A stretch of DNA of 64,000 nt, from positions 248,001 through 312,000 of the forward strand of contig MCFH01000037.1 of the NCBI GenBank assembly GCA_002104945.1, read 5' to 3'. Below, in pieces: positions 37,201 through 52,205 of the stretch (within the stretch, counting starts at the first letter, position 1; every line of letters begins with the position of its first letter). Under the pieces are notes generated by a model, which was given only the letters and a program-made list of their open reading frames with translations, had not been told where the DNA came from and did not search any database. A program made the position numbers and the translations under genes. The DNA comes from Piromyces finnis finn (taxonomy: Eukaryota > Fungi > Neocallimastigomycota).

Positions 37201-39171
37201 ATAATTTATATTAGCACCATTTTCTAATAGTAAATTAGCAATTAAAAATTTATTACTTGAAATTGCACATGAAAGAGGGGATTTATATTTACGTTCTCTT
37301 AAGTCATAAATATAATAATTTAGAGAAAAATAATAATGGACAATAAATTTTATTACCTCAATAGAAACACCTTTTTCAATAGCATATATTAAAATATCAA
37401 ATTTCTCATCATTAAACATAGTTAATAAAATATTATTATTAATAATATAATTTTTTAAATTAATAATATCATTATTTTTCAGTTTTTCCATAATTACTTT
37501 TCTTTTATTATCAATATTATTAAAATTATCTAAATGCTTTTCATTTATATTCAATTTTAATTGTCCATTTTTAACTTTATTTGTAAATATGTCTATTCTT
37601 CCACTTTGATGCTTTTTTTCATCATTATCCAACAATTTAAATATATCATATAAAATTATATCCTTATTTCTAGTATCATAATCATATAAACATTGTATTG
37701 CATTATAATTATTGTTTTCAATTGCAGTTTTATATAATTCACTATTGAAATTCAGTTTATTTTTTTCCTCTTTTATTATGCCCTTTAAATGATAATCAGA
37801 AATTGAAGATTTCTCATTATATATTGAAAGAAGCTTTAAAATAAAAAAATTATTAAATATATATTGATGAAATATTTCTTTCATTAAAGCGACTTTGTTA
37901 TCAACTATCAATAATTTTATTGTATTTGATGTTAAATTATAATTTTGATTTAAAATATATCTTAAATTCTTTTTATTTAAGAATTTATTATTATAAAAAT
38001 ATAATAAAGAATCACCATAATTTATGTCAGCACCTTTTTTAATTAAAAAATCAAATATTTTATATTTATTTTGTAATAATGTATAATAAATAAGAGAAAT
38101 TTTTATATCCTTTTCAAATATATAGTAGTCAAAATATTCATAATGCCATTGCTTAATAATAAAATTCAGCATTTTAATGGAAGCATTATTATCAATAGAA
38201 AATTTTAAAATATCATTTATATAGTCATATTTATTGAAAATTTTATTTAAATTAATATTTTTATTTTTTATGTAATTTTGAAGTCTCTTAACATCACTGC
38301 TAATTATAAAACTCATTATAATTTCCTTTTTTTCTTCTTCAGTTTCAATATTTTCTATATCTTTTAAATTAGATTTTTCAAATGAAATGTTTATTTCTTT
38401 ACTTTTAATTTTATTTAAAAATTCAAATTTGACAGCTTTAGTACTATTTTCAAAAATATTGTAAAAATCCCTCAAAACAAATGACCTTTCTCTCGTATCG
38501 TTATTATATAATAAACTTATTGCATCATAATTAGCATTTTCTAATGCTAATTTGTACATAAATTTATTAAATGTTATTTTATTTTTTTCTTTCTCTATTA
38601 ATTCTTTTAAACCATAATTTGAAATAGGCTTACGAATTTTATAAAATGAAAGAAATTTCAATATAAATTTATTGTCAAATAAGACATGTTTAAATATTTG
38701 TTTTAAAAAAAAGTTGTAATTATCTTTTATTAATATATTTATTAAATCTGTTGTTATTGAAATTCCTTTATATATTATATATTTTGAATTCTTTTTGGTT
38801 AAAGACTTTAAAAGAATATCATAAGGAATATAATTTATATCTGCATTATAATTTATTAAATAATCTGCTAATTTAAAATTATTTTTTTTAATTGCGGATG
38901 CAAGTGGAGTCTTTTTAATATAGTCAGGATTCCCACGTATAGTGAAATTTAAGGTTTTATATTTACCATAATTTATTATAAATTCAATAAAATCAATTGA
39001 AGCATCTTTTTCAATAGATTGTATTAATATATCTGTAAAATCATTGTTTAAATAATTTAATTTTATTTTATTAACTTGTAAATACTTTACTAATTTATTA
39101 ACATCCTTTCTTTCAATTATTTCACTGATAGTATTTCTAATATCCTCTTTATTAATAATTACATTGACCAT
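31264..39171 (-). CDS. Giant intronless ankyrin-repeat protein (2635 aa)
   Basis: 7.9-kb uninterrupted ORF in AT-rich DNA. C-terminal half has many canonical ANK repeats (GNTPLIYAIENNNVEIVKCLVENGADLN); N-terminal part has three ~276-aa repeats and ~12 FxF..INFE.IL repeats. Confidence 0.9.
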   Translation of the reverse strand: MVNVIINKEDIRNTISEIIERKDVNKLVKYLQVNKIKLNYLNNDFTDILIQSIEKDASIDFIEFIINYGKYKTLNFTIRGNPDYIKKTPLASAIKKNNFKLADYLINYNADINYIPYDILLKSLTKKNSKYIIYKGISITTDLINILIKDNYNFFLKQIFKHVLFDNKFILKFLSFYKIRKPISNYGLKELIEKEKNKITFNKFMYKLALENANYDAISLLYNNDTRERSFVLRDFYNIFENSTKAVKFEFLNKIKSKEINISFEKSNLKDIENIETEEEKKEIIMSFIISSDVKRLQNYIKNKNINLNKIFNKYDYINDILKFSIDNNASIKMLNFIIKQWHYEYFDYYIFEKDIKISLIYYTLLQNKYKIFDFLIKKGADINYGDSLLYFYNNKFLNKKNLRYILNQNYNLTSNTIKLLIVDNKVALMKEIFHQYIFNNFFILKLLSIYNEKSSISDYHLKGIIKEEKNKLNFNSELYKTAIENNNYNAIQCLYDYDTRNKDIILYDIFKLLDNDEKKHQSGRIDIFTNKVKNGQLKLNINEKHLDNFNNIDNKRKVIMEKLKNNDIINLKNYIINNNILLTMFNDEKFDILIYAIEKGVSIEVIKFIVHYYFSLNYYIYDLRERKYKSPLSCAISSNKFLIANLLLENGANINYKIFDSDLIYKLRNEHLLNSSNLKYSLDKGFKITSKLITMLIRNNKNDYLSHILYHFVFDKYFILKLLSFSKNKVSLSSEQLYEIITNEKSKITIKHEWYFEALYYHNNTAVKIFINCDSNKHDLFFDKYELYKLLDKAIYDHNYDFIKELFSSKWFDYKNFNIEEYLSSKRIRYRLDIIDYFIEEILNESFFSFKDASFETLLLNIFEISNITFNFIKRFIQKSFDHKTFDFKYINFENMLKTMVNVREIIEIDKQSYFKLFEILINRSFDHKTFDFKNINFENIISIICKCHYNNTEFSYFSDFITFFITKSFFHKTFNFKYINFEKILIEFRNINKKIDNNMDGYFQLDKFIIEKSFCHNSFDFNKVNFENILSIVSQYKLNLKNTYTYITYLLKLVIGKSFQHPTFNYNTINIQKDIMILRQINDNISVLEYYIEELFNSKNFDINDACVANLILASNKVKNENFEKYIIDKIIKYSTTNFNEKSFICGALFSLGKIKNTYLFEYFINQVIYNKYFKLNYFNIEKILLTATKIKDNSLITYLLNNLLNLIESNKDFNINHINFNKILLLAIKNTNIYIIKYILEKIKNINNTLDVENILKSASRINYIAVMKILIMKIFCVTSLDDIKEYNIVLIKNYSTQSLSLILNALIKLKNFELIKILIEHPELKNKININEKDKNNEYPIIEASHIAKNCYENINIFEYLLENGANCNVKNYNNTSLFIVLIKNENYNVLQYLFKHNILPIIDIDTSNCLLMKAISQNNVDLVKDIINNELRNNENYNRKLLYSHDLSKNFFTPLILSYLLNYQEIFRILLKYYDINEKDYYGYTIIHYSILKDDKETMNQLIYNINQQNENLKIRSVFDIAIKVKKKKIISNLLENDIKNKLINIINEKHETPIVTLSKIDYYSKEEKIEIIKKLISKGIDINAKDLYGKSALIYSIEKNSLTLVKLLVDNGALIFKKMNNNKNIFSSLINIIEICKPDIFEYLLNNCNIKIYMNEIIDIVINNNKQDLLKILIPNYIDSSFMYSNNDTILINAINSKNISILKYLIENGINSQNIDNKIIKKIISLDWFDIIKLLIPKYININIQDEYGNSPLIYAIYYKNEKLIKYLINSGADINLLNKKIELLKSIMHDNNIGLLEFLVNHQLDINRKDINGETLLNYAIESKSNQIISYLIKCNINLCCVDDKIDIIYNLIKNNNVKLLSHIVENQGIQEILKEIVNKNRLDLLKLFIENHLNINKVYDDENSILTYAIEKRNIPIIRCLLNNSVNINIVNGIMMKEIIYKGKLDILKYLITKQIDVNEKSKNISNQKIYVIDLKCEKMVKCLINLGVTISYIDNYLEIKDTIIKRNCLTIIKELVPNYYNVDLKDINGNTILIHAINLDNKDVIEYLLNCHPNIDQIKINIDINLFKNIIKYNSMELLKIVYNNDFNANQKDKYDDSMLNIAIKYGNEQIIQYLINKGSDVNEEGRFNHTPLIVAIRNRKLNIIKLLIDRGADVNYINDMNETLNDLNKRYNDKSEYHSIYCQIDKILNLYINKENKDSQLIRGLNDQNLSLIIKSINEGANINIINERINIMNSIINKNQLDLLKYLVEHGLDINRKDKKENTILIYAIKTMKESIINYLLKCHIDIDSMTNLNLDFDILKKIFMLNNKNLFKLVYNNAFDVNQKDGHGDSLLINAIEYGNEELIKYLIDCNADVNKEGKKYSTPLVSAIFKGNVNIVKYLIAHGANVNKNVSYGNTPLIYAIENNNVEIVKCLVENGADLNIEGDNFDTPLIWAINNGNEELVKYLIENGSDINKKGKYNYSPLLNSIQKNNNSITKYLIDCGVDLTGKNRVALKNAILSNNVEIVKYLVKHNIDINKNIICQETPLILAIQNNNEDIVKFLIESGADINKEEGYWGEKPIVIAIQHKNINIINDLIQSGANLNCVDRTNKTLYTINKSENFVNNKYRNIYYQIKEILDNNN

Positions 39172-40991
39172 ATCTTTTATATATTTAATGTATAAAAATT
39201 AAATTGATATATAAAATAAACCAAATAATTTATAAATTTTACCATTTCAATATTTATATATTGTTATCAAAATTGACACTTTTTAAATGTTATCTTTAAT
39301 TAATTTATTTATTCTCACTTAAATTAAAAATTTTAATATAAAAAATGGTAAAACTAATATTAATTTGTGTAACAACGTACTTATTACACATTTTAATATT
39401 AAAAATAAAAATTAAAAATTTAAAAATTTTCAATTTCTTAACAAGACAAAATCTGTGTATTAAGTAAAACTATTTAACATTAAAAGTTTTATAATTATTT
39501 CAATATAAATAAGTATTTTTTTTACTTTTTTAATAATTAAAATATATATATTTTTAAATATATATATCGTAATATAAATTCAATTTAAAAAACAATTTAT
39601 TTTGAAAATAATGCATAATATTATATTATTTCTTAATATTATATTATGCATTATTTTCAAAATAAATTGTTTAATAATAATAGTATTGATTGTTGTTATA
39701 TAGAAAATATTAAACGTTCTAAAATACCAACATTGCTGTATGGTATAAATAAAAATTTTTTTATTCAAAAATTAGTTTAAAAATTTATTTATTAGAAAAA
39801 ACTTGTTCAATTGAAATAAGTAAAAATACTTTAAAAAAATAGATAATAAATTATAAATTACTCATCAACGTATGACTAATAATAATTTAATAATAACATT
39901 TTGATATTATATATATATATTTTAAAAAATAAAAAATAAAAACTTTTAATGATTAATAATAAGTGTTTACATTTTGAAATTTGTATAGTAATTTATAAAA
40001 TAATATAGAATATTATAATAGTTTTATAATTTATAATAAAAACATGATCTTTATTCTAATACTTGAGTTAATTATCAAATATAATTAAGTTTTCTATTTT
40101 ATATATATAATAAATAAATAAATATTATTATACTCAAAATAGCAAAAACTATCTAATAAAAATTTTTTCATTTAGAAAAAAGATATAAAATAATATTATA
40201 TAAAATCAAACTAAATTAAATTATTAAGCTTGATTATTAAAATAAAATATATATCATATTATTTATAGCAAACTTTATAAAATAGTTTTATTGTTATTTT
40301 TTTATGAAATATATTTATATAAAAGTAAATATGATTATTGACTTTCAACTGTATTTAATATTATTAATTCTTTATAAAGATTTTAAAATTTTTAGATAAT
40401 ATTATTTATTATATCGAAATTTAAAGATGTATCAAATAACTTTTCTCTTCAATATTCCTATATATTTAATATTTTTAACTATAAATTATAATTATATATT
40501 TACAATAAATTTGTGTCTACTAATTCTTGATCATATAATAATTATGTTTATGCCATTTTATCATGAATTAATAAAAAACTTTTTTTTTTTATAAACATTA
40601 TTATTTATAAATAATAATTAACTGCTTAAATATAAGAATAACTTATTGAACTTCAATATTATTTATTTATTATACTTAAGTTTTCAAAGTAATAATAAAA
40701 TCCAGAAATTAATAAAGTTTAAAGTTTCAAAGGAATTTTTTTTTTTGAAAAAAGAAATTATTTATAATGTTAACTTTTAAAAATTAAATTATAATTTTTT
40801 AAATTTTTATATTTTAAAGAGTTACTTTATTAAAAGTTTTTTATACTTAATATTTGAAAACAATAAATAGAAAATATCTTCTTTTATCTTTTTCTTAATT
40901 CTTAGGAAATAATTTTCAGTAATTATTATTAAAAAAAACAATATTTATTTTTTTTTTATTTTTTTTCAAATTTTAAATATATATAATAAAA

Positions 40992-41902
40992 ATGTCTAAG
41001 CTTGTTGCTAATCCAGAAGTAATATACGATTTGTTATTTATATATAAATATAGATATATTTATATTTATTTAAATAAAAATACAATAAAAAGTGGATATA
41101 TAATATCATTAAAATTTATAAAAAAAATGAAATAAAAACAAATAATAAAATAATGAATTATTTACTAATAAATATATTAATGTATTTTATTGAATATATA
41201 TTTATATATTTTTCATCAATATAAATAATAACCAAATATTCCTTAATTAATTGCCTTTTTCATGAAAATAACAATAAATTTAAATTTTTAATATGAAAAT
41301 AATATAAAAATTCATATTTAAATCTATAATAGATTAAAGAAGCATACGACAAGGTTCGTGATGACAAGGACCCAATGAACTGGGTTTTATTAGAATATAT
41401 TGATGATAAGGTAATTATTTAAAAATAAAATACTTCATATATAAATGTTTAAAATATTTAATTATCATAGAATAGTTTTTATTTTGAAATATATATTAAT
41501 ATTTTTTATAATAATATATTTATTAAATATATATATATAATATAAAAACAATAAAAGACTGATGAATTAAAGGTTTCTGCCTCTGGTACCGGTGGTATTA
41601 AGGAATTCAAGAGTAACTGTAAACAAGAACAAGCTGCTTTTGGTTTCATTAGAGTTAATGCTTCTAACGATCCATTATCCCAAAGAACTAAGTTTGTCTT
41701 TGTTAGTTGGTGTGGATCAAAGGTTAAGATTATGAGAAAGGCAAAGTTATCTATTCATATTTCTGAAGTAAAGACTGTTATTAAGTCATTTGCTGTTGAA
41801 ATTAACGCTACCATCCCAGAAGATTTAGATGAAAGCACTGTTATGTTAGCTGTTACTAAGGCTATGGGTGCCAACTATGATAGACAAACCTCCAACTATT
41901 AG
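40992..41902 (+). CDS. Coactosin-like ADF-H actin-binding protein (3 exons; not in ORF track)
   Basis: Exons 40992-41018, 41333-41410 and 41558-41902 with GT-AG junctions give MSKLVANPEIKEAYDKVRDDKDPMNWVLLEY...SGTGGIKEF...RTKFVFVSWCGSKVKIMRKAKLSIH...KAMGANYDRQTSNY. Codon bias suggests high expression. Confidence 0.9.
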
Positions 41903-42689
41903 ATAGATTTCCAATAATTATATTTAACACAAAATAGAAATACATATTACCCTTTTTTTTTAACCAATTTTTTAGAAAAAAAAAGAAAATAGTCACAAGA
42001 AAAAGAATATATTAAGAAATTTTCTTTATATAACCAAAATATTGAAAATAAGTATCTTTTACTCTTAATATTTTATTACCATATAAAAAAAAATATTTAA
42101 TATAAAAAAAAATAATAAAATAAATAAAAAATAATAAAATAAATAAAAAATAATAAAATAAATAAAAAATAATGAAATAAATATAAAAAAAAATTTCAAA
42201 TTCTCAATATTTTGTATGTTGTGTTTTGGTATTTTTAACAAATTAATTTTTATAATGTTTTTCTTTATAAAAAAAAAAAGGGTATTTTAAAATAAGTTAA
42301 ATACTTATTAAAATATTAATGATAATAATGAAAATTTATAAAGTTTTATTGTTTTCTCATTTATTACATTAATTATCATTCCTTTTAATGCTAAAAATAT
42401 AATAGTTTAATTGAATATTTGATATGATTATTTGATAAGAATTAAAAAAAAAAAAAAAAAAGTATTAATCAACAATTATAATGGCATTCAAAAAATGAGG
42501 TGTTAGAAATAATAATTATAATAATAGTAATAGTAATAATATTAATATTAATATTAGTAATAATAGCAATAGTGAAGATAATAATTCTAATTTAGATAAT
42601 AATTTAGTTAATAATAGTAATAGTTCTAATAATCCGGTGAATATTAATGTGTATGATTATTCTAGTGTGTGCAATAAAATATTTAAATC

Positions 42690-42915
42690 CCTTCTTGGGG
42701 AAAGAAGTTTTAATAATATCAATTACAATTCAAGGGAATGGAAAGAACTTTGCAAGTGTCAGATTCAATCTGGCACTAACGAAGGAACATCATTCTTGAT
42801 GGTAACAGAGTAACTTCTAACCAAAATCATGCCTTTTGTTATTGGCCAGCAATGGTTAATGTTCAAAAGGTTTGAAGCAACTGTCTCAGTGTCCCATTGG
42901 AAGTCAAATACAATT
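42690..42915 (+). ncRNA. Candidate box H/ACA-like structured RNA
   Basis: GC-enriched intergenic island; hairpins 42756-42776, 42813-42820/42897-42904 and 42831-42838/42864-42871, each with a G-U pair favouring the + strand; AGAGTA (ANANNA) at 42807-42812 between hairpin domains; ACA at 42910-42912 followed by ATT. Confidence 0.55.
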
Positions 42916-43609
42916 ATTATACTTTAGTATAATAGTGGCTTTCTTACTTTGATTAAAATTACTAGAATACATTATACCCAATTTTTATTCATTTGTGTTT
43001 ATTTAAACATATTTTTTTTTTTTATTTTTATTCTTATTTTTAATTTTGTTTTTTTTTTTTTTATAACATATATTACAATTTTAATTAAATTAATAATATT
43101 TGATGTCTTTAAAAAAAAAAAAAAAAAAAAAAATCGAATAAAAGTTATCTCTTGACATCAACAATAAAACATAAAGTTTTTACACAAATTATATTTTATA
43201 ATTTTACATTTTATAGATTTATTACTTTTCTTTTTCTTTTTTTTTTTTTTTTTTAATAAAAAAATAATATAAAGAAAATAATACGCAAATATTTTTGTAT
43301 AGTTTAAGAAAAATATAAAAATAAAAATTATAAAAAAAGAAAATTTTGGTACTAAATAAAATACTAAATAGAAAAAATTACATATATAAAATAAATAAAT
43401 AAATAAGTTACATGATAATCATTAATTATATAATAGATATTTTATAAAAAAAAATTAAAATAATTTTTTTTTATGTTTTACGGAAATATATATGTATTTA
43501 AAGTGATTATGTTACTGTATATTAATTTTCTTTTTTTTTTTTTAAAAAAAAAAAAAATTAATATTAATTATATGATAACTATTTTTAAGCATATCCGCGG
43601 ATGGTAAAT

Positions 43610-47598
<3,989 letters not shown>

Positions 47599-49600
47599 TT
47601 TCGATTAAAATTAAAATTTATTATTTCTATTCTTTCCAGATAATTATTATGATTATTATTAAATATTATTTTAATATATGAAAATAAAAAAAAAAAAGTG
47701 AATTATTTATTTTAGACTTTCTTGTTTGATTAAAAAAAGAGAGAGAGAATATGTGTGAATGATAAAAAAAAAAAGTTCATTTTTCATTTATTATATTTAA
47801 ATAATAATTAATTAAAAGAATAATTTAATTATTTATTTGATAAAAATGAATGTATATACTTACTTGATGAAGAAAAAATGGAAGAATCTTATTATTTTTA
47901 AATAAAGTAATAATAAAAAAAATAATTTAATTTCTAAATCAATTTTGAAAAAAATTAAATTACTTTTTCAAAATATTATAAAAAAAAAATTTAAAAAAAA
48001 TTATAATATGTTATAATTAGAATATCCACAAATTAATTGATAACTACATTTTATAACAAAAATGTACTTAATGTATACATTGGTTAGATTAAAAATTTAG
48101 TGATGCTAAAACATGTTATTAAACATCATAATAAAATTAAATAGAATTCTGTTAAACATTATAAAATTAAATTGTAATTCTGTAATATTTGTAGTTTAAT
48201 ATCTATATACTATTAATTATAAAAACTTAATCAAAAAAGATATATACTTAATACTCAATAATAAGAATAAATTAGCATTACATAATTTAATAATTTATTG
48301 TTGAAGGATGAAAATGTTTTTTTTTAATAAAATAATTAATATAATAAGCGTTTTTATAATTTTTCAAAAAAAAAAAAAAAATTGCTATTTTACTTTATTA
48401 TATTTAAGCATCCATAAATATAAAATATATATCTATATAGTAATTATCTATACATAAATATATTAAAAAAAACTTGTTATTATTATTAATCATAATATTA
48501 ATACCAAAATAAAAATAGAAAATATTAATAAGTAATAAATTAAAATCATTTTTTGATTAATATGTATATCGAGATTGTTCTATTCTACAATATATATTTA
48601 AGATAAATATAAAATATAATTATTATATAGTATATTGTATATTTTATTTACTTGTTAAAAATCATAATCTTGTGTAAAGTGAGATACAAGACTATGGATT
48701 TTAGTTAATATGAAAATAAAAAAGAATAATATAAAAACTAATTTTAATAATGGAATCTAAGTATTTAAAAATAAAATGAATGTTTTGAAATTTGCGCTTT
48801 AATCAATAACGAAAAAAAATCTTTCATATGAAATTAGAGGTCTTTTTTTCTTTTCTTTTTTAGATTTCTTAAAGAATAATATAAATATACTAAATCATTA
48901 AATATATTCATAATAAAATAAAATAAATCATATATTGACCAATGCTTATACTTTTAAAAAATCATTTTTTAATAAATTTTGTTAATGATATAATAGAGTT
49001 AACAGATAGAGTGGCAAAATTTTGAAAATGGTCTCTGGCTAAAGATATCCAAACCTTAGTTTTTACTGGTTAAAATTTTAGGTCAACTTTTTCATAAAGT
49101 AGTAATAAATCATGAATAATTTTATTAGTTTAAATCATTTAATAAAAATATAAATCCTAAAGTAATAAAATTATTAATAATTATCACTTTTCTATTTTAT
49201 TATATAGTGTTGTAGTATTATTTGATTTATAAAAGGTAATATATATGTACCTTTTATATTTACTTAAACTGGTTTTTATTTAATAATGAAGTATATGAAG
49301 TTTTAATTATTTTATTACCAAAATTCAAATTTATTTTACAGAATTTTTTTTAAAAAAATATTAAAACTGACCAATAAAATTTTAAATTTTAATCACTTGG
49401 ATCACTTTTAAAAAACAATTTGTTTTTTCTTGAATTAATTCATTAAATTTAGAGTTTTCTTCAAAGTCAATAAATCCATCAATAATATTTCTTGAATTGA
49501 TCACGAAAAATTATTAAATAAAAAATCACCAATATTCATTTATGAAAAACACACGTGCTAAATTATTTAAAGAAATAAAATTTTAAAAGTTATATACCTA

Positions 49601-50118
49601 CTATTACTTTGACTATTACCGATTACTATTACTATTACTATTACTATTACTATTACTATTACTATTACTATTACTATTACTATTACTATTACTATTACTA
49701 TTACTATTACTATTACTTTGACTATTACTATTACTATTACTATTACTATTACTATTACTATTACTATTACTATTACTATTACTATTACTATTACTATTAC
49801 TATTACTATTACTATTACTATTACTATTACTATTACTATTATATTACTATTACTATTACTATTACTATTACTATTACTATTACTATTACTATTACTATTA
49901 CTATTACTATTACTATTACTATTACTATTACTATTACTATTACTATTACTATTACTATTACTATTACTATTACTTTACTATTACTATTACTATTACTATT
50001 ACTATTACTATTACTATTACTATTACTATTACTATTACTATTACTATTACTATTACTATTACTATTACTATTACTATTACTATTACTATTACTATTACTA
50101 TTACAATTACTTTGACTA
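49601..50118. repeat. (TATTAC)n hexanucleotide array, roughly 80 units
   Basis: Directly visible; a few 1-bp slips and three TTACTTTGACTA variant units. Explains the low-complexity ORFs at 49609-50173. Confidence 0.97.
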
Positions 50119-52205
50119 TGAAATGAATTTTTATTTTTAAATAAAAAGAATCAAAAATAGGTAAAAAAGCCATTATAATAGTTTGTCTATTGAAACTTAA
50201 AATTATGTACTATATTATATTTTTTATATAACATTTAATGCATTTGTATAATTATATTACTGTATAATAATCCATCGAACTAGCTGTCTTGTTAAATGTT
50301 GAAATAAGTTATCATTTTATTTGTTTTTTTATTATTTATGATATTTTAAATCAATTTATTTTAATTAATATATTTAATATATTAAACTAATGAATTAACC
50401 AATTTAGATTATATGGTATAATATATAATAATTAAAGTTTCTATATAATAATAGAAATCTATACATTTTATATGAAATAAATAGAAATTAATATATATTG
50501 TACTATTATATTTATATTGAAATATATGTTATATATAAATTATTCTTTCAAAAACAAAAACTTTAAAAATGATCATTTTAATATTTTTTAAATTTGCTTT
50601 TTAATTTATTAAATAAAAAAAAAGCAAAAGTTATTTTTTTTTTTTTACTTTTCTTTTTTTTTTTTTATTTTATATGAAGTTGATAATAAAAAAACTGCAT
50701 TTTTATTTTTATACATAATATATACAATATTCAATTTTTTATACTATTATTATTACAACTTAAAATATCATTGTCATATATCTTATTGATTTATATCTAT
50801 GTACAATTGATTTGAATAATTATATAAACCAAAAAAAAATTTTTTTAAAATATGTAATATTTCACTCTTTCAATTGACAACATCTGAAAAAAAAAGGAAA
50901 TACAATCATCATAATACAGTAAGTTTTTTAAACAGGTATTTATACAAACATTTATTTATATCTATATCATTTATTTATAATACATTTTTTTTACCGAATT
51001 AAATAAATATATATAAAATAATAAGTTAAAAAAGTATATTTTAAAAATGTAACCCATATATTCACAAAACTATTAACTTAAAAGTATAAATGCTTTTTTT
51101 TTTTCAAAGATAAGAATTTATATAATTGAATATACTATATTTTGTTATAAAAACGTACAATAAAAAAAACCTTAACTAAAAAAAAAAAACAAATGTTATT
51201 CCATAGTATCAACGTTGTTCAATATATTTATAATAATTTTATTATAATTTGAAATTTAATGAAATTTCATTTTAATTTGAAATTTATTTAAACTTTTTAT
51301 TTCAAGTGAAATTAAATAATGATAATGGACTTAAAGATATATATATTTTTTAAAAAAAAACAACCTTTTTTAATGTATATTCATTACAAAATGCAAAAAA
51401 CAAATTTTAACAATAAAAAAAATTGAATTATTATATCTTATTAATAAATGAATGAATAAATAAATAAATGAAAAAAATTTTTATGGAATTTGATATATTT
51501 CTATTTAAAATTAGTATATAATTTTAAATAAAATAATATATAATACAATATATTTTTATATATTTATTGATATTTAATTATACATATTATGAATTATAAA
51601 ATGAACAAATTATAATAAAAAAAAAAAAGTAAAAATTATAAAAGCAAATATAATTTGAAATATAATTTTGTTTTTAATCAGAAAAGTATTACAATTATAC
51701 AATTATAGATTAATATAAAGAATTGATAAATTGTTGGAAAAAATTAATACTTTTATGAATATATATATATCATTTTAATAATACAAATAGACGTATATTA
51801 AAAGGCTAATATTTTTTTTTTATTTTAAAAAAGTTATTATAATAGCAATAAATAATAACGATAATGAATACAAAATATTAGGTTTTAGCAGTACATAGAT
51901 GCAAATTTTATGTAAATTTTATATATCGATATTTCAGGATATATAAAAAGAATCGTCAAATTATTCAAATAATAGTTGAAAATTATATATATTTTATTTT
52001 ATTTTTATTTTTAAAGCAGAATATAAATTAATATATTATTAAAAAAGAAAAAATAAAAATCAATGTATTAAATAAATTAGAAAAATAGTCTTTATTTTTT
52101 ATGAATTTAGTCAAATAAAAAAGTTAAAGAGACTTTTAATTATTTTATTATTAATAAAAGTATTCATATACGCAATTTATTAACACTATTTATACAATTT
52201 AAGCA

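Noticed and set aside
42686-42700. ATCCCTTCTTGGGG resembling the U4atac 5' end; telomerase RNA also considered for this island
   Set aside because: Downstream sequence does not follow U4atac, and no CCCTAA-type template is present.
48663-48696. Isolated 13-bp hairpin CATAATCTTGTGT/ATACAAGACTATG
   Set aside because: No box motifs or second domain; insufficient for an ncRNA call.
49552-49557. CACGTG (Pho4-type E-box) upstream of the Pho80-like cyclin
   Set aside because: Single hexamer 2.6 kb from the ATG; not distinguishable from chance.
49609-50173. Poly-Tyr/Ile-Thr/Leu and Val-Ile ORFs
   Set aside because: Translations of the (TATTAC)n array.
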